Notes: a model not told the origin generated them from the letters alone. 64,000 bases of DNA from an uncultured Pseudomonadales bacterium (GCA_964618725.1 CAZUBK010000004.1:79485-143484); one strand, 5' to 3'; positions 30,701 to 39,583 are shown, counted from the first letter of the stretch. Numbers and translations: made by a program.

Positions 30701-32086
30701 TCTGTTGATACTTACGGCAAAGCCCTTGCCATCTTCAACCACGATGAGACCGAGGACTTGCTAACAGCCTCTGCCTCCAGTGTCACCAAGTTTGCTGTCA
30801 GTAGTACCGGTGCCCTGTACGTTGGTGACAACACCACCCTTGGTACCTCTACTGCCCTTTGTTGGGAATCGGTGACGCGTAATGGTGCCACCGTCTACCA
30901 GGTAGGTGACTGTACCGGTACCCCCGGAGACTATGCCGAAATGTATCCGGTGGAGAATGATATCACTTATGGAGACGTCGTGACGCTAGGAACTGAGAAT
31001 GTCGTCCAAACAGACGGACAGATTGTGAAGAGATTAGTTAAGAGTAGTCGAGAGTATGACAGCAGTGTCGTCGGTATTGTCAGCAACAACTACCACGACT
31101 TTACCTTAGCAGGGAGCGCCTCTCTTAACTCCTCCGACAACCCCATGCCAGTCGCTCTCAGTGGACGTGTTCCCGTTAAAGTCTCCACCTCCTCGGCTGA
31201 AATCCAAGCCGGTGATTTTTTGACTACTTCTACCGAGGCAGGTAAGGCGATGAAGGCAACAGTCAGTGGTTATGTCATTGGTAAGGCCCTGGAAGACTGG
31301 AGTCCTGGCCAAACCACGGTGATGGTATTTGTCAACAACACCTATTACTCAGGGATTGCTCTCAATGAGCAAGGACAAACAGGAGTAACTGCCAATTCAG
31401 ATACAGAAGGTACTATACCTTCCGATGAGCAAGTCCTTGCTAAAGATCTTCAAGACAATCAGTATGCTTCACAGTCCGCTGCACTCAAACAAGAGATTGA
31501 CACCTTAAGTTCCAAGGTAACTGAGTTGACCACAAACCTCGACTCCCTCACCTCTCTTGTCCTCAGTGCCTCCGACTCCGCACTCGTAAATCCTGAATCA
31601 TATATCTTAAATCTCAACGATGAAACTGCCACAGTTTCGTCGTTGATGGTCACAGACAAACTTCTCACTCAGGATCTTGGCATCACCGGCTCCCTCACCA
31701 GTGGCCTTCTCACAATCAACGGTCTCAACGGCGACATCCATACCCTCGCCGGCCCCTTACGTCTTCAATCCTCTCCCCTTGCTTCTTTAACAGAAGGTAT
31801 TGAAATCCTAAATGGCTACCTTACCATCGATACTAAAGGTAACCTAAACATCAACCAAGGACATATTAAAGGCAATGATACCTTCCGTGGCTCCATTACC
31901 CTACCCACAGGTAAAATCAAAGTCACTGTTCCTCAAGAGTGGGAGACCGTACCTACCTCCATTACCTTGACCCCAAGTTATCTCACCGTCACCGCCATAA
32001 CTAATATCACCACTGACGGCTTCACTATCGAAGTCCTGACCCCCTCTCTTAAAACAGAGAAGATATACTGGACCGCCATTTGGTAG
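24704..32086 (+). CDS. giant 2460-aa protein: N-terminal excisionase-type HTH, one TM helix, then a repetitive beta-helix surface domain
   Basis: N-terminus LTLTQAAQILDVNMATVRRWTNNGKLPSFRTPGGHRRL. TM helix FLTLALILATLLVSF. PbH1-like repeats NNIITGNTTAGIS...ISGNEF. Three ~113-aa tandem repeats and a ~340-bp internal duplication. C-terminal coiled-coil. Confidence 0.8.
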   Translation: MSAQKHTQTSENQTLTLTQAAQILDVNMATVRRWTNNGKLPSFRTPGGHRRLHQADVEKIALQKQRRQLLKQQALADAIQIQQLALPKTPLKPISSLLTEPSLKVIDSDPLNIPQAEGPRGIPLGIDNKSKSSFRSFLTLALILATLLVSFKGVKAFRDTIAYETLYNTLPFLSRFTGSPLSPLTQNKITDKLKGSVLQATDTVEELIFEVNIPTNIDNDLNVSGDLTVDGDLITNGNVAFDSISADTADFGSADITTLSIGGTTLTSTATELNYLDGLTLAAGGIAYSTSTGLQISAAGTSSQVLTSNGSGAPTWKSVSSIQSTDASTLDSLDSTAFLRSNADDTYDSGNTLTVAGALAVSGSLTSTGDVSISDTNIALNGATTTFTTTGDLTLAVGGSDILSTSRMTLGSATAGTAQLLIDGNADVIQLQIQGHSTQTASTFVIEQSDGTDVLAVGNTGVLTLTNSGTTNTTFNLSSSGDFIIQDNGTAFITFNSSGQVVGSDTLLFNLSAATHNSTTPEGIILPQATSFTSPSSGEGYIAWDSDDNKLMMYTGSAWVDVAAAGGSLWTDGGTTTYLTATTDDLAVGGTDSESNLFFDESASALSLNPYGTSAGNTGELRFEELEANGDSYTGFKSPDSLAANVVYTLPSADATTSNQVLASSAAGVLSWIDVSAGAGTLWTDGGTTTYVTSTTDDIAMGGTTAESPFWMDVSASLLNLNPYGTSTGNTGAFVSQELEANGDSYTGFKAPDSLAASVVYALPLADASSANQVLSSNASGTLAWIDVTGGAGAPWTTSTTNTYLTTTTNDVIVGASTPVSSAKLSVDGDDDQIQLVVQGNATQTVATQLFLVETSAGSDLFSVDVNGDLVLSGELDINGTGTHDIAGTLNLSGTTLTASGDLTITPVGGDVILGSSVALTASKINKVIVVDGTTYAQTCAGINAAIDALGASGGEIYLPEATYTCTETITVDYNNTTIRGAGKGSKIVASAWGSWGTPGDVITTGTTDYNSFRDFQIDGTLLTAQAYDLLDLPNGSNYIVIDGLYLKNSDRYGININPGGAFVMITNSIIEGSDSYGIVADNTSAYTNIANNIIRTNDYGIVIAGDFVDVSNNIITGNTTAGISATGWGEDATITGNTFFSNGTYGVYVSGTGFDTNNNVTISGNEFKTHTNGVYLNNTKQVAVVGNNIFQYSTQAGQYGVYITGASADPANSNLISNNVITGYTDAGDIGIYIVNSYANNNILSYNSFSTNETNITDNGVNTQISNADSGNLSIGGADSTPDTTLELFRASGSDSTFSMTDGDVAHGVTTLANTDAFFHAGPISSTVGGTRLTSLADADGQALELRAVQTAPTDTTPAIKLVGAKASGTGVVDLDAAETVFQVANNDDAAALTVLGSGSVGIGDTTPDAVFDVDSTSATAVIFGDGTSNYFTFDGSTDVGDTLFTFTGASSGITSGKILSVVADTITTGNALDFSVDGISTGNGMYLESTSTALSSGNIASYYWNPGSATTATGDILRLDVGSNGTIGNILNVMNGGSSVFSVSQSQITSALPHQFTAAGDVSIAYDLQFTNQTASYIKSYAPLYIEAGETFENNDLTLRTYGTGDVILDFTTSTGTGKLQIAAPDPSIVFDTETATDTDFWMGVVEDAGADDDDTFQIGDGTTPGTNPWLVLDTSGNVGIGPDTTPDYKFEINVAASSDSTFALVDGDVAHGVTTLVNTDAFFHAGPISSTVGGTRLTSLADADGQAFEISAVQTAPTDTTPAIKLVGAKASGTGVVDLDAAETVFQVANNNDTAGITMLGDSSVGIGTVTPSSFANKLAVIYSVSGITGGTSGTFQNTFTPTANTAGSPIALKAATTVSGGSTNYSSANTAIRAQASNVNNTGSLTTTYGVYSQHGALSGGTTGSSAASYGVYSDTAWSSSATLASAYNYAAVISANSGTFTNTYGFYAGDLTSGTQSNTPFSFYASDTGTFNYFGGRTGIGDTSPLGMLEVSSASVDTYGKALAIFNHDETEDLLTASASSVTKFAVSSTGALYVGDNTTLGTSTALCWESVTRNGATVYQVGDCTGTPGDYAEMYPVENDITYGDVVTLGTENVVQTDGQIVKRLVKSSREYDSSVVGIVSNNYHDFTLAGSASLNSSDNPMPVALSGRVPVKVSTSSAEIQAGDFLTTSTEAGKAMKATVSGYVIGKALEDWSPGQTTVMVFVNNTYYSGIALNEQGQTGVTANSDTEGTIPSDEQVLAKDLQDNQYASQSAALKQEIDTLSSKVTELTTNLDSLTSLVLSASDSALVNPESYILNLNDETATVSSLMVTDKLLTQDLGITGSLTSGLLTINGLNGDIHTLAGPLRLQSSPLASLTEGIEILNGYLTIDTKGNLNINQGHIKGNDTFRGSITLPTGKIKVTVPQEWETVPTSITLTPSYLTVTAITNITTDGFTIEVLTPSLKTEKIYWTAIW

Positions 32087-32128
32087 CATCGCTACCAAAT
32101 ACGATTTACGATTTAAGAATTAAGATTT

Positions 32129-32509
32129 ATGAACACAAAAATCAAAGACTTCACCGATCTGAAATCCTGGCAAGAAGCACATAAGCTAGTTCTTGACATA
32201 TACAAGGCGACCAGGTCTTTTCCCAAAGAAGAAACTTACTCACTAACCGACCAGATCCGCCGCGCAGCCGTATCAATTAGCAGTAATATCGCTGAAGGAT
32301 TCGGCAGACAAACATACAAAGAAAAAGTCCAGTTTTACTATCTAGCCCAGGGGTCACTTGTCGAGGTCAAAAATCAACTGTTTATTGCCAAAGATGTTGG
32401 ATATCTAAACCCACAATCATTTGCCACGTTAATGAGACAGGCCAATATTGCTCACCAGCTATTGCAGGGCTTAATCACCAAATCAAAATCTTTTATTCGT
32501 AAATCATAA
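32129..32509 (+). CDS. four-helix-bundle protein (23S rRNA IVS protein / Avd-like family)
   Basis: ...SWQEAHKLVLDIYKATRSFPKEETYSLTDQIRRAAVSISSNIAEGFGRQ...YYLAQGSLVEVKNQL... is characteristic of the family. Confidence 0.8.
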   Translation: MNTKIKDFTDLKSWQEAHKLVLDIYKATRSFPKEETYSLTDQIRRAAVSISSNIAEGFGRQTYKEKVQFYYLAQGSLVEVKNQLFIAKDVGYLNPQSFATLMRQANIAHQLLQGLITKSKSFIRKS

Positions 32510-32514
32510 ATCTG

Positions 32515-35500
32515 ATGTCTAAAATCTTAAATCATAAATCTTATCTCATAAATCGTAGATCTCGGTTGCTGTTAAAACTTGGTCTTCTCTTTCTCTCTAT
32601 TACCCTCCCCATCGCCCTCCTCATCGCCCAAAACCCCAAAACCGTGGGAGCCGCCTGGTGGAACGGTGACTGGAAATACAGAAAAGTCATCCCCATCAGC
32701 TCTCATACCGCTGCCGAAACCAACGTCTACATCGCCATTACGGCTTATGACGCCTCCGACACAACCCGCTACCAGACCGACTGCGGCGACGTTCGCTTTA
32801 CCAAATACAGTGGCGAACTTTTGCCCTACACCGTCACTAGCTGCGGCGCTTCTACCACCTTTAACGTCCTCTTTGACACCTTCCCCGCTGGCGCCCAGGA
32901 TATCTATCTCTATTACGGCAACGGCAACGCCGCCAACGGTTTTCAAACCACCGCCTTTTCTACCCAAGCATCCGCCTATGTCATCGGCACTACCGGTTCT
33001 GAAGCCACCACCCCCGGTCCCGTTGCCTACTGGAAATTTGACGAAGGCCAGGGGCAGATCATAAATGATCAAACCACCCATAATAATGACGGTACCCTGG
33101 GCGCCGATTCTTCTTCCGCCTCCGACGACCCCACCTGGGTAGAAGCAGGCCGCTGTGTGAGCGGCAAGTGTTTGAGTTTTGACGGCAGCAATGACTTCGT
33201 AAATTATACTGGCTTGCCAACCCTTTTTTCCGATTGGGGAAGCACGTCGTTCTCCATGAGCACATGGTTTAAGACGATTGATAACGCCACTGATCGAGGT
33301 GTCTTTGGTTCATACGCTGCTAATGACATTGTTCAAATGAGAATAAATCCAAACTCAGATAATAAATTATCAGTCTACATGAGAGGATCCGCTAGTTGTG
33401 GTTGGGTCTCAAGTAATTCTGCAGTAGCAAATAACCAGTGGTACTACGCTACGATGGTGTACGATAGAACAAACTTGTATCTTTATGTTAATGGTCAGCT
33501 GCAAAATTCAACTGCATGCAACATAACGAGCGTTAATTTAAGTACATTTAGTGTGGGAAAGGTCACAGGAGCAGCTTCGTCGTTTACAGGCTTCATCGAC
33601 GAACCCAAAATTTATCCCTACGCCCGCACGGCAGCGCAGGTAAAACTGGATTACGATCAGGGCGCCCAGGCGGTGCTGGGCAGCACCAACACCGTCGGCG
33701 GCTCACCGGGATTTTTAAGCAATGGCTTGGTGGGGTACTGGAAACTCGACGAATCTTCCAGTACCGCCGCGGATTCTTCAGGCAATAGCAACAGTGGCAC
33801 TTGGAACGGCACTGCCGCTGCAGCTGCAGGTAAATTTGGTAATGGCATCTCCCTAGACGGAGACAGTGACTACGTCAGCATCGGAGACACAGAATTAATC
33901 AGCACAGCCTTCACCACCTCCGTCTGGTTCAAACCTGACAACGTCACCCAAACCGGCCCTATTATCAGCAAATACACTACTACAGGTGACAATAGGTCGT
34001 ACATCATCAGACTCGACTCTAATGATTATTATTTTGCCCTTTCCAGTGACGGCACCAGTGCTAGCGGCAAATTTGACCAGCTCACCGTCAGCAACGTAGT
34101 TAGCGCCAACGTCTGGCAGTTGGCTACCGTCACCTACGACGGCACCACCGTCAAAATGTTCCTCAATGGCAGTGAGGTTGGATCTTTTGCTCATACTGGC
34201 GGAGTTTATGCCAGCGGAACTGCTTCACTATTATTCGGTAACCAATCTACTAACTATTTTGACGGCACGCTCGACGAAACCCGCATCTACAATCGCGCCC
34301 TGTCCGCCGCCGAAGTCCGCCAGCTCTACTCCTGGGCGCCCGGGCCAATTGGCCGTTGGAACCTTGATGAGGGGACAGGCACCTCTGCTGCAGATGATAG
34401 TGGAAATAGCAATACTGGGACGATTACCGATCCAACCTGGATAAATGGAAAATTTGGCAAAGCCCTTTCTTTCAATGGAACAAGTGCAGAGGTAAACATC
34501 GGAGATACAGATAACACCTCTGGTATGCTGACCATTTCTGCATGGATCAAACCAAACACCGTCAGCGGTGGGTATGATGCCATCTATGGAGAAAGCGGCT
34601 TTGGATTTTACAACTTCAATGGCGTTCTAACCTTGTGGACATCAGCGTTTACTGGAGGCACGGGTACGCTTACTGTTAATCAATGGCAACACGTAGCCGC
34701 AACATTTGACTCCAGCACCGATTCCATTTATTTCTACATTAATGGGACTCGCGTGTACAGTAAAACAAACTGGACAGGCACGGTGCCCAACGATGCAAAC
34801 ACAGAATTTATTGGTTCCTATAACGGTAGTCAGGAATGGTTTTCAGGTTTAATCGACGACATGCGCATCTACAACTACGCCCGCACGGCCGGGCAAATAA
34901 TGGAAGACATGAATGCCGGGCATCCAGTGGGCGGCTCGCCAGAAGGCTCCCAGGTTATCTACTACAAATTTGATGAACAACAAGGCAGTACCGCCAATGA
35001 CACCGTTGGCAACCAAAACGGCACCGTTACCAGTGCCAGTTGGCTGACTAAAGCAAGCTGCAAAATTAACGGCTGTTTAAGCTTTGACGCCGCCGGCGAA
35101 GTCGTAACTATCGCCACCGCCAACGACAGTGTGGTTGATTTTAACAGTAGCGAAACCTTCTCCGGCTCCGCCTGGGTCTATGTCACTACTATGCCCGGCT
35201 CTGGGGAACAAGATGCCATCATTGCCAAATGGGACGATACCGGAAATCTTGCCGATTACAAACTCTACGTCGAAAACGACGACGCCGATACCACCGGCAA
35301 CTTTGAGGTCCAGATCTATGATGAATCCGCCAGCCAAGCCATCACCGCCAGCCAGGCCATTGACCAGGTAGCCGTCAACACCTGGTATCACGTTTCTTTC
35401 ACCTTTAACGGCGGCACAGCTGGCGCCGCCGGCGACCTCAAACTCTACGTTGGTGGCAAATATACCGCTCAAAACGCGGCCAATACTTCCTTCTTGGGGT

Positions 35501-37071
35501 TAGAGGACAAGGCCAGCGACTTTACTATTGGTGAATATGATACCGGTGATGTAGTTTCCACCAATACCGCCTTCACTGGCTATATCGACGACGTCAAAAT
35601 GTATAGCTCCGCCCTCACCGCTGACCAAATCGCCGTCGACATGAATGCCAATGCGGCGCTCAATTTTGGCACCACCGCCAACGCCGAAGCCGCGGATTTA
35701 AGTGACGGCGCCGGCAACGCACCAGTGGCCTACTGGAATATGGACGAAAAAACGGGCCAATCTACTAACGACACTTCTGGCAACAGCAATACCGGCACTT
35801 TAGGCGCTACCTCCTCCTCCGCCTCCGACGACCCCACCTGGGCTACTGGTAAATACGGAGCGGGGTTAAGTTTTGATGGGAGTAATGATTATGTGAATAT
35901 TACAACGCCTTCCATATACAATCAAACTCAATATACTATTTCAGCTTGGATAAAATTGACCAACACCACTGGTAGTCAAACGATTTATTCAGAAGGTCGT
36001 AATGCTAGTTTAGGTTTTCTCTGGTTTTATATAAATGCCGGAAAAATAGAACTTCGTGATAATGATGGGACTAATTATAACCAGTACGATGGTAGCACTA
36101 CTCTCTCCACAGGTGTCTGGCACCATGTTTTGGTAACTAGAAATGGCAATACCGCAGCAAATATTTATCTGAACGGTAAACTTGAAACGTTAAGCGTAAA
36201 TTCAACTTTGGGTAGCGGAACTCTGCCCACGTTAACACTGGCTTCTGTTGGTAGCTTGTTACGTAGTACTAATGCCTCATTTTTTAACGGTTCTATAGAC
36301 GACGTCCGCATCTACAACTACGCCCGCACGGCGGCGCAGGTGGCCTACGATTACAATCGCGGCGCGCCGGTGGGCTGGTGGAAGCTGGACGAGTGCCAGG
36401 GGACGGTGGCTAATGACGCGAGTGGGAATGGCAACCACGGCACCATCACCATCGGCGCTTCGGGTGAAGACACTGTCGGCACCTGCCAAACCTCCTCCAC
36501 TGCCTGGGGCAGCGGGGCAACAGGAAAATATGGGGCGAGTTTGAGCTTTGACGGAACGGATGATTATGTGGATATCTCAACAACGGGGACCAACTATGCA
36601 CCCACGGACAAACCATTTTCTGTCTCTTCGTGGTTTAAGTCAGCTGCTTCTCCTACAGTATATGGCAGAATAGTAAACTTAAAATCCAATTCTTCTCCGT
36701 TTCATCTTATATATTCAACAGACACTAGTTATAATCTTGGATTTGGGGGTGATACCTGGGGAAAGACATGGAAAGTTCCTCTTCCCTCTTCCAACACATG
36801 GCACCATGTTGCAATAGCATATAATGGCAACGGGGTAACAACCGCCAGCAACTTCTTGGTCACAGTCGATGGATCAAGTCAAACTCTAACTAATGCTGGT
36901 AGTATTGGAAACGTATCAAACACTTCATTTATAGGAAAATATTCCGGCGCTGCGGCCAATGAGCATTTTGCTGGCCAGATCGACGACGTGCGCATCTACA
37001 ACTACGCCCTCTCTGCCGCCCAGGTGCGCAAACTCTTCAACGAAGGCGCCAGCGTGCGGTATGGCAATTAA
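32515..37071 (+). CDS. DUF2341 domain plus multiple LamG-like (concanavalin A-like lectin) repeat protein, 1518 aa
   Basis: N-terminal TM helix, WWNGDWKYRKVIPIS (DUF2341), then about 8 LamG_3-like units with the recurring ...WKLDE...G.....G...FDG..DYV...DE.RIYN.ALSAAEV pattern. Confidence 0.8.
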   Translation: MSKILNHKSYLINRRSRLLLKLGLLFLSITLPIALLIAQNPKTVGAAWWNGDWKYRKVIPISSHTAAETNVYIAITAYDASDTTRYQTDCGDVRFTKYSGELLPYTVTSCGASTTFNVLFDTFPAGAQDIYLYYGNGNAANGFQTTAFSTQASAYVIGTTGSEATTPGPVAYWKFDEGQGQIINDQTTHNNDGTLGADSSSASDDPTWVEAGRCVSGKCLSFDGSNDFVNYTGLPTLFSDWGSTSFSMSTWFKTIDNATDRGVFGSYAANDIVQMRINPNSDNKLSVYMRGSASCGWVSSNSAVANNQWYYATMVYDRTNLYLYVNGQLQNSTACNITSVNLSTFSVGKVTGAASSFTGFIDEPKIYPYARTAAQVKLDYDQGAQAVLGSTNTVGGSPGFLSNGLVGYWKLDESSSTAADSSGNSNSGTWNGTAAAAAGKFGNGISLDGDSDYVSIGDTELISTAFTTSVWFKPDNVTQTGPIISKYTTTGDNRSYIIRLDSNDYYFALSSDGTSASGKFDQLTVSNVVSANVWQLATVTYDGTTVKMFLNGSEVGSFAHTGGVYASGTASLLFGNQSTNYFDGTLDETRIYNRALSAAEVRQLYSWAPGPIGRWNLDEGTGTSAADDSGNSNTGTITDPTWINGKFGKALSFNGTSAEVNIGDTDNTSGMLTISAWIKPNTVSGGYDAIYGESGFGFYNFNGVLTLWTSAFTGGTGTLTVNQWQHVAATFDSSTDSIYFYINGTRVYSKTNWTGTVPNDANTEFIGSYNGSQEWFSGLIDDMRIYNYARTAGQIMEDMNAGHPVGGSPEGSQVIYYKFDEQQGSTANDTVGNQNGTVTSASWLTKASCKINGCLSFDAAGEVVTIATANDSVVDFNSSETFSGSAWVYVTTMPGSGEQDAIIAKWDDTGNLADYKLYVENDDADTTGNFEVQIYDESASQAITASQAIDQVAVNTWYHVSFTFNGGTAGAAGDLKLYVGGKYTAQNAANTSFLGLEDKASDFTIGEYDTGDVVSTNTAFTGYIDDVKMYSSALTADQIAVDMNANAALNFGTTANAEAADLSDGAGNAPVAYWNMDEKTGQSTNDTSGNSNTGTLGATSSSASDDPTWATGKYGAGLSFDGSNDYVNITTPSIYNQTQYTISAWIKLTNTTGSQTIYSEGRNASLGFLWFYINAGKIELRDNDGTNYNQYDGSTTLSTGVWHHVLVTRNGNTAANIYLNGKLETLSVNSTLGSGTLPTLTLASVGSLLRSTNASFFNGSIDDVRIYNYARTAAQVAYDYNRGAPVGWWKLDECQGTVANDASGNGNHGTITIGASGEDTVGTCQTSSTAWGSGATGKYGASLSFDGTDDYVDISTTGTNYAPTDKPFSVSSWFKSAASPTVYGRIVNLKSNSSPFHLIYSTDTSYNLGFGGDTWGKTWKVPLPSSNTWHHVAIAYNGNGVTTASNFLVTVDGSSQTLTNAGSIGNVSNTSFIGKYSGAAANEHFAGQIDDVRIYNYALSAAQVRKLFNEGASVRYGN

Positions 37072-37122
37072 GCACCAATTTTCAATCAATATCAAATTGA
37101 AAATTACACAGGCAAACTAGTC

Positions 37123-37479
37123 TTAATATACTGCCTCATAATGGTCGATCCTTACCGTTTTCCCTTTTTCATCTAACACCACCGCCACTACGTCAATTCT
37201 CTTTAGGTTATTTACCGCTTTGAAATACATATTTGCCATTCGCTGGACTTGGTTTAGTTTTCTCCAATTCACCATCTCCTCCGGACTGCCAAAACCTGCC
37301 CCCACTTTCGTCTTCACTTCCACAAACACAAACACATCACCATCTTTCGCAATTATGTCTATCTCCCCAAATCGGTTTCCCCAATTAGTCTCAATAATAT
37401 TATAACCCTTTTTCTCAAGTAACCCTCTTGCTATTTCTTCTCCTTTCTTTCCCGTCGTTTTGTTGTTTTTCTTCGGCAT
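37123..37479 (-). CDS. YraN/UPF0102 family predicted endonuclease
   Basis: GEEIARGLLEKKGYNIIETNWGNRFGEIDIIAKDGDVFVFVEVKTK. Confidence 0.75.
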   Translation of the reverse strand: MPKKNNKTTGKKGEEIARGLLEKKGYNIIETNWGNRFGEIDIIAKDGDVFVFVEVKTKVGAGFGSPEEMVNWRKLNQVQRMANMYFKAVNNLKRIDVVAVVLDEKGKTVRIDHYEAVY

Positions 37480-37488
37480 ACTTTTCAG

Positions 37489-37710
37489 TTACAGATCAAC
37501 CAAGAAATCACTCAACGAAATCTCTGCTTGTCGCAAGATCGCCCGCAAAGTCCCAGTTCTAACAGGCCTATTATGAACAGGCACTACTGTCCTTTTTCCA
37601 TTTTTATGGGTAAACACAACATGACTTCCCTTCCCTTTTCTCGGAAGAAAGCCTCTCTTAATCAAAACTCTTTCAACATCCCTTGGTTTTATTTGTGGCA
37701 GCTTCGACAT
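37489..37710 (-). CDS. hicA: HicA-family toxin
   Basis: KPRDVERVLIKRGFLPRKGKGSHVVFTHKNGKRTVVPVH matches YcfA/HicA. Confidence 0.75.
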   Translation of the reverse strand: MSKLPQIKPRDVERVLIKRGFLPRKGKGSHVVFTHKNGKRTVVPVHNRPVRTGTLRAILRQAEISLSDFLVDL

Positions 37711-37712
37711 TT

Positions 37713-38012
37713 CTAGATTACAGCAAAGTTTCCTCCAACCCCAATCTGAGTAGAAGTAATAATGTCTCTTTCGGGTCTATCGATAGGCACAGGTCGACGA
37801 TCTTCAATCAAACTATCAACATACGTTTTTATCGCTTGCGTCACATTTTCTACTGCTTCTTCCACAGTATCTCCATCATCAGCAACTCCCAAAGTTGGAG
37901 AATAGGCATAAAAACCAGGTTTGCCAGTTCCTGTTTCTTCATCCGGTTCAACAATGATTCTGTAGTTCAAAAATGTTTTCTGCATATCCCTCATTATATA
38001 CCCTCTTGCCAA
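37713..38012 (-). CDS. hicB: HicB-family antitoxin (UPF0150)
   Basis: ...YRIIVEPDEETGTGKPGFYAYSPTLGVADDGDTVEEAVENVTQAIKTYV... It lies immediately upstream of hicA. Confidence 0.7.
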   Translation of the reverse strand: MARGYIMRDMQKTFLNYRIIVEPDEETGTGKPGFYAYSPTLGVADDGDTVEEAVENVTQAIKTYVDSLIEDRRPVPIDRPERDIITSTQIGVGGNFAVI

Positions 38013-39551
38013 TCAAAATACTCTCATTCGATACTGCAACGCTTCAGCAATATGTTCCGATTTAACAGATTCCGATGAGTTCAAATCGGCGATAGTCCGT
38101 GCTACCTTCAGAACTCTAAAATATGACCTTGCTGACAGATCATACTTCTCTACTGCCAATCTCATTAGCCTGGTGCCTTCTTCGTCAAGCACGCAGTACC
38201 TAGTGACCAATTTGTTTCTCATCTGTGAGTTTGTGTAGATTCCTGTCAAATCTTGGAATCTGTTTTCTTGAATCTTCCTGGCATTTCTAACTTTGTCTCT
38301 AATCTGGCTACTATTCTCTCTACCTTCTACATTCAACCTTCTATCGTCCGCCAACTTTTCTACCTCCACTGCCGGCACATGAACATGTAAATCAATTCGG
38401 TCCAAAATTGGCCCTGAAATTCTCCGTTTATATCTGTCAATCTCCCTAATTGTACAAACACATTCTTTCTTGGGATGATTCAAATACCCACACGGACATG
38501 GGTTCACCGCTGCTACTAACATGAAGTTCGCTGGATACTCAACCCTCCCTGCTGCCCGACTTACCACAACCTTCCCATCTTCCATTGGTTGACGAAGCGA
38601 CTCCATCACTGTCCGAGGAAACTCTGCCATCTCATCCAAAAACATCACTCCTAAGTGCGCCAGACTCACCTCTCCCGGTAAGGGTTTGCTGCCCCCTCCA
38701 ATTAATCCCGCCAAAGAGGTCGAGTGGTGTGGCGACCTGAAAGGTCTCACCCTTATTATTGCTTCACCTGCCCCCAACAGTCCCGTTGCCGAATAAATCC
38801 TTGTCACCTCCAAAGCTTCTTCGGAAGATAATGGGGGCAAAATTCCGGGCAGTGCTCTTGCCAGCATCGTTTTTCCCGATCCTGGGGGTCCACTCATCAA
38901 AATATTGTGTCCACCTGCCGCCGCGATCATACACGCTCTTTTGGCCTGTTCTTGACCCAGAATATCAGCAAAATCAAACTCAATCTCGTGATTACTAACA
39001 AGCCGCTCAATCGGAATTGTTTTTAGCACCTCAATTAACTTTTCCTCATTCAAATGTCTTACTAGGTCCGTTAAGCTAGCAACCGGTAGTACTGTCACTC
39101 CTTCAACCACCGCTGCCTCCTGAGCAGATTCCTTCGGGACGAAAACATCTCCAAAACTCTCTTTCTGTGCCAAAATTCCTACCAATAACACCCCTCGGAC
39201 GTGACGTAGATGTCCATCCAGTGACAACTCGCCATAAAAAATTGCTTTCTCATCCACCCGCTTGACTTGCTCCGATGCCAGCAAAATCCCCACCGCAATC
39301 GGCAAATCATAACAACTACCATCCTTGGCTAAATCTGCTGGCGCCAAATTCACCGTAATCTTTTTCTGTGGGAAAGAAAAATCCGAGTTGGTAATCGCCG
39401 TTCTGACCCTCTCCCTGGCTTCCTCAACCGCTTTACTCGGAAGTCCAACAATATTAAATCCCGGAAATCCTTGAGTCGCAACATCGACCTCAACTTCGAC
39501 AAGAACACTGTTAAGTCCGATATGTGCCACCGAGTTTACCTTAACAATCAT
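38013..39551 (-). CDS. YifB/ComM family Mg-chelatase-like AAA+ ATPase
   Basis: N-terminus MIVKVNSVAHIGLNSVLVEVEVD; Walker A GPPGSGKT; C-terminal helical domain. Confidence 0.9.
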   Translation of the reverse strand: MIVKVNSVAHIGLNSVLVEVEVDVATQGFPGFNIVGLPSKAVEEARERVRTAITNSDFSFPQKKITVNLAPADLAKDGSCYDLPIAVGILLASEQVKRVDEKAIFYGELSLDGHLRHVRGVLLVGILAQKESFGDVFVPKESAQEAAVVEGVTVLPVASLTDLVRHLNEEKLIEVLKTIPIERLVSNHEIEFDFADILGQEQAKRACMIAAAGGHNILMSGPPGSGKTMLARALPGILPPLSSEEALEVTRIYSATGLLGAGEAIIRVRPFRSPHHSTSLAGLIGGGSKPLPGEVSLAHLGVMFLDEMAEFPRTVMESLRQPMEDGKVVVSRAAGRVEYPANFMLVAAVNPCPCGYLNHPKKECVCTIREIDRYKRRISGPILDRIDLHVHVPAVEVEKLADDRRLNVEGRENSSQIRDKVRNARKIQENRFQDLTGIYTNSQMRNKLVTRYCVLDEEGTRLMRLAVEKYDLSARSYFRVLKVARTIADLNSSESVKSEHIAEALQYRMRVF

Positions 39552-39583
39552 GGATTGATCTTACTACGACTTTCGCGTATGGG

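Noticed and set aside
24704-32086. CRISPR-like periodicity from the many short ACC/GGC/ACT repeats
   Set aside because: The periodicity is codon-level protein repeats inside one long ORF. There are no spacer/repeat units of constant length.
32129-32509. Diversity-generating retroelement suggested by the Avd-like four-helix-bundle gene between two lectin-fold giants
   Set aside because: No reverse transcriptase ORF is visible within the window and I could not spot a template/variable repeat pair by eye. It is kept only as a testable idea in the findings.
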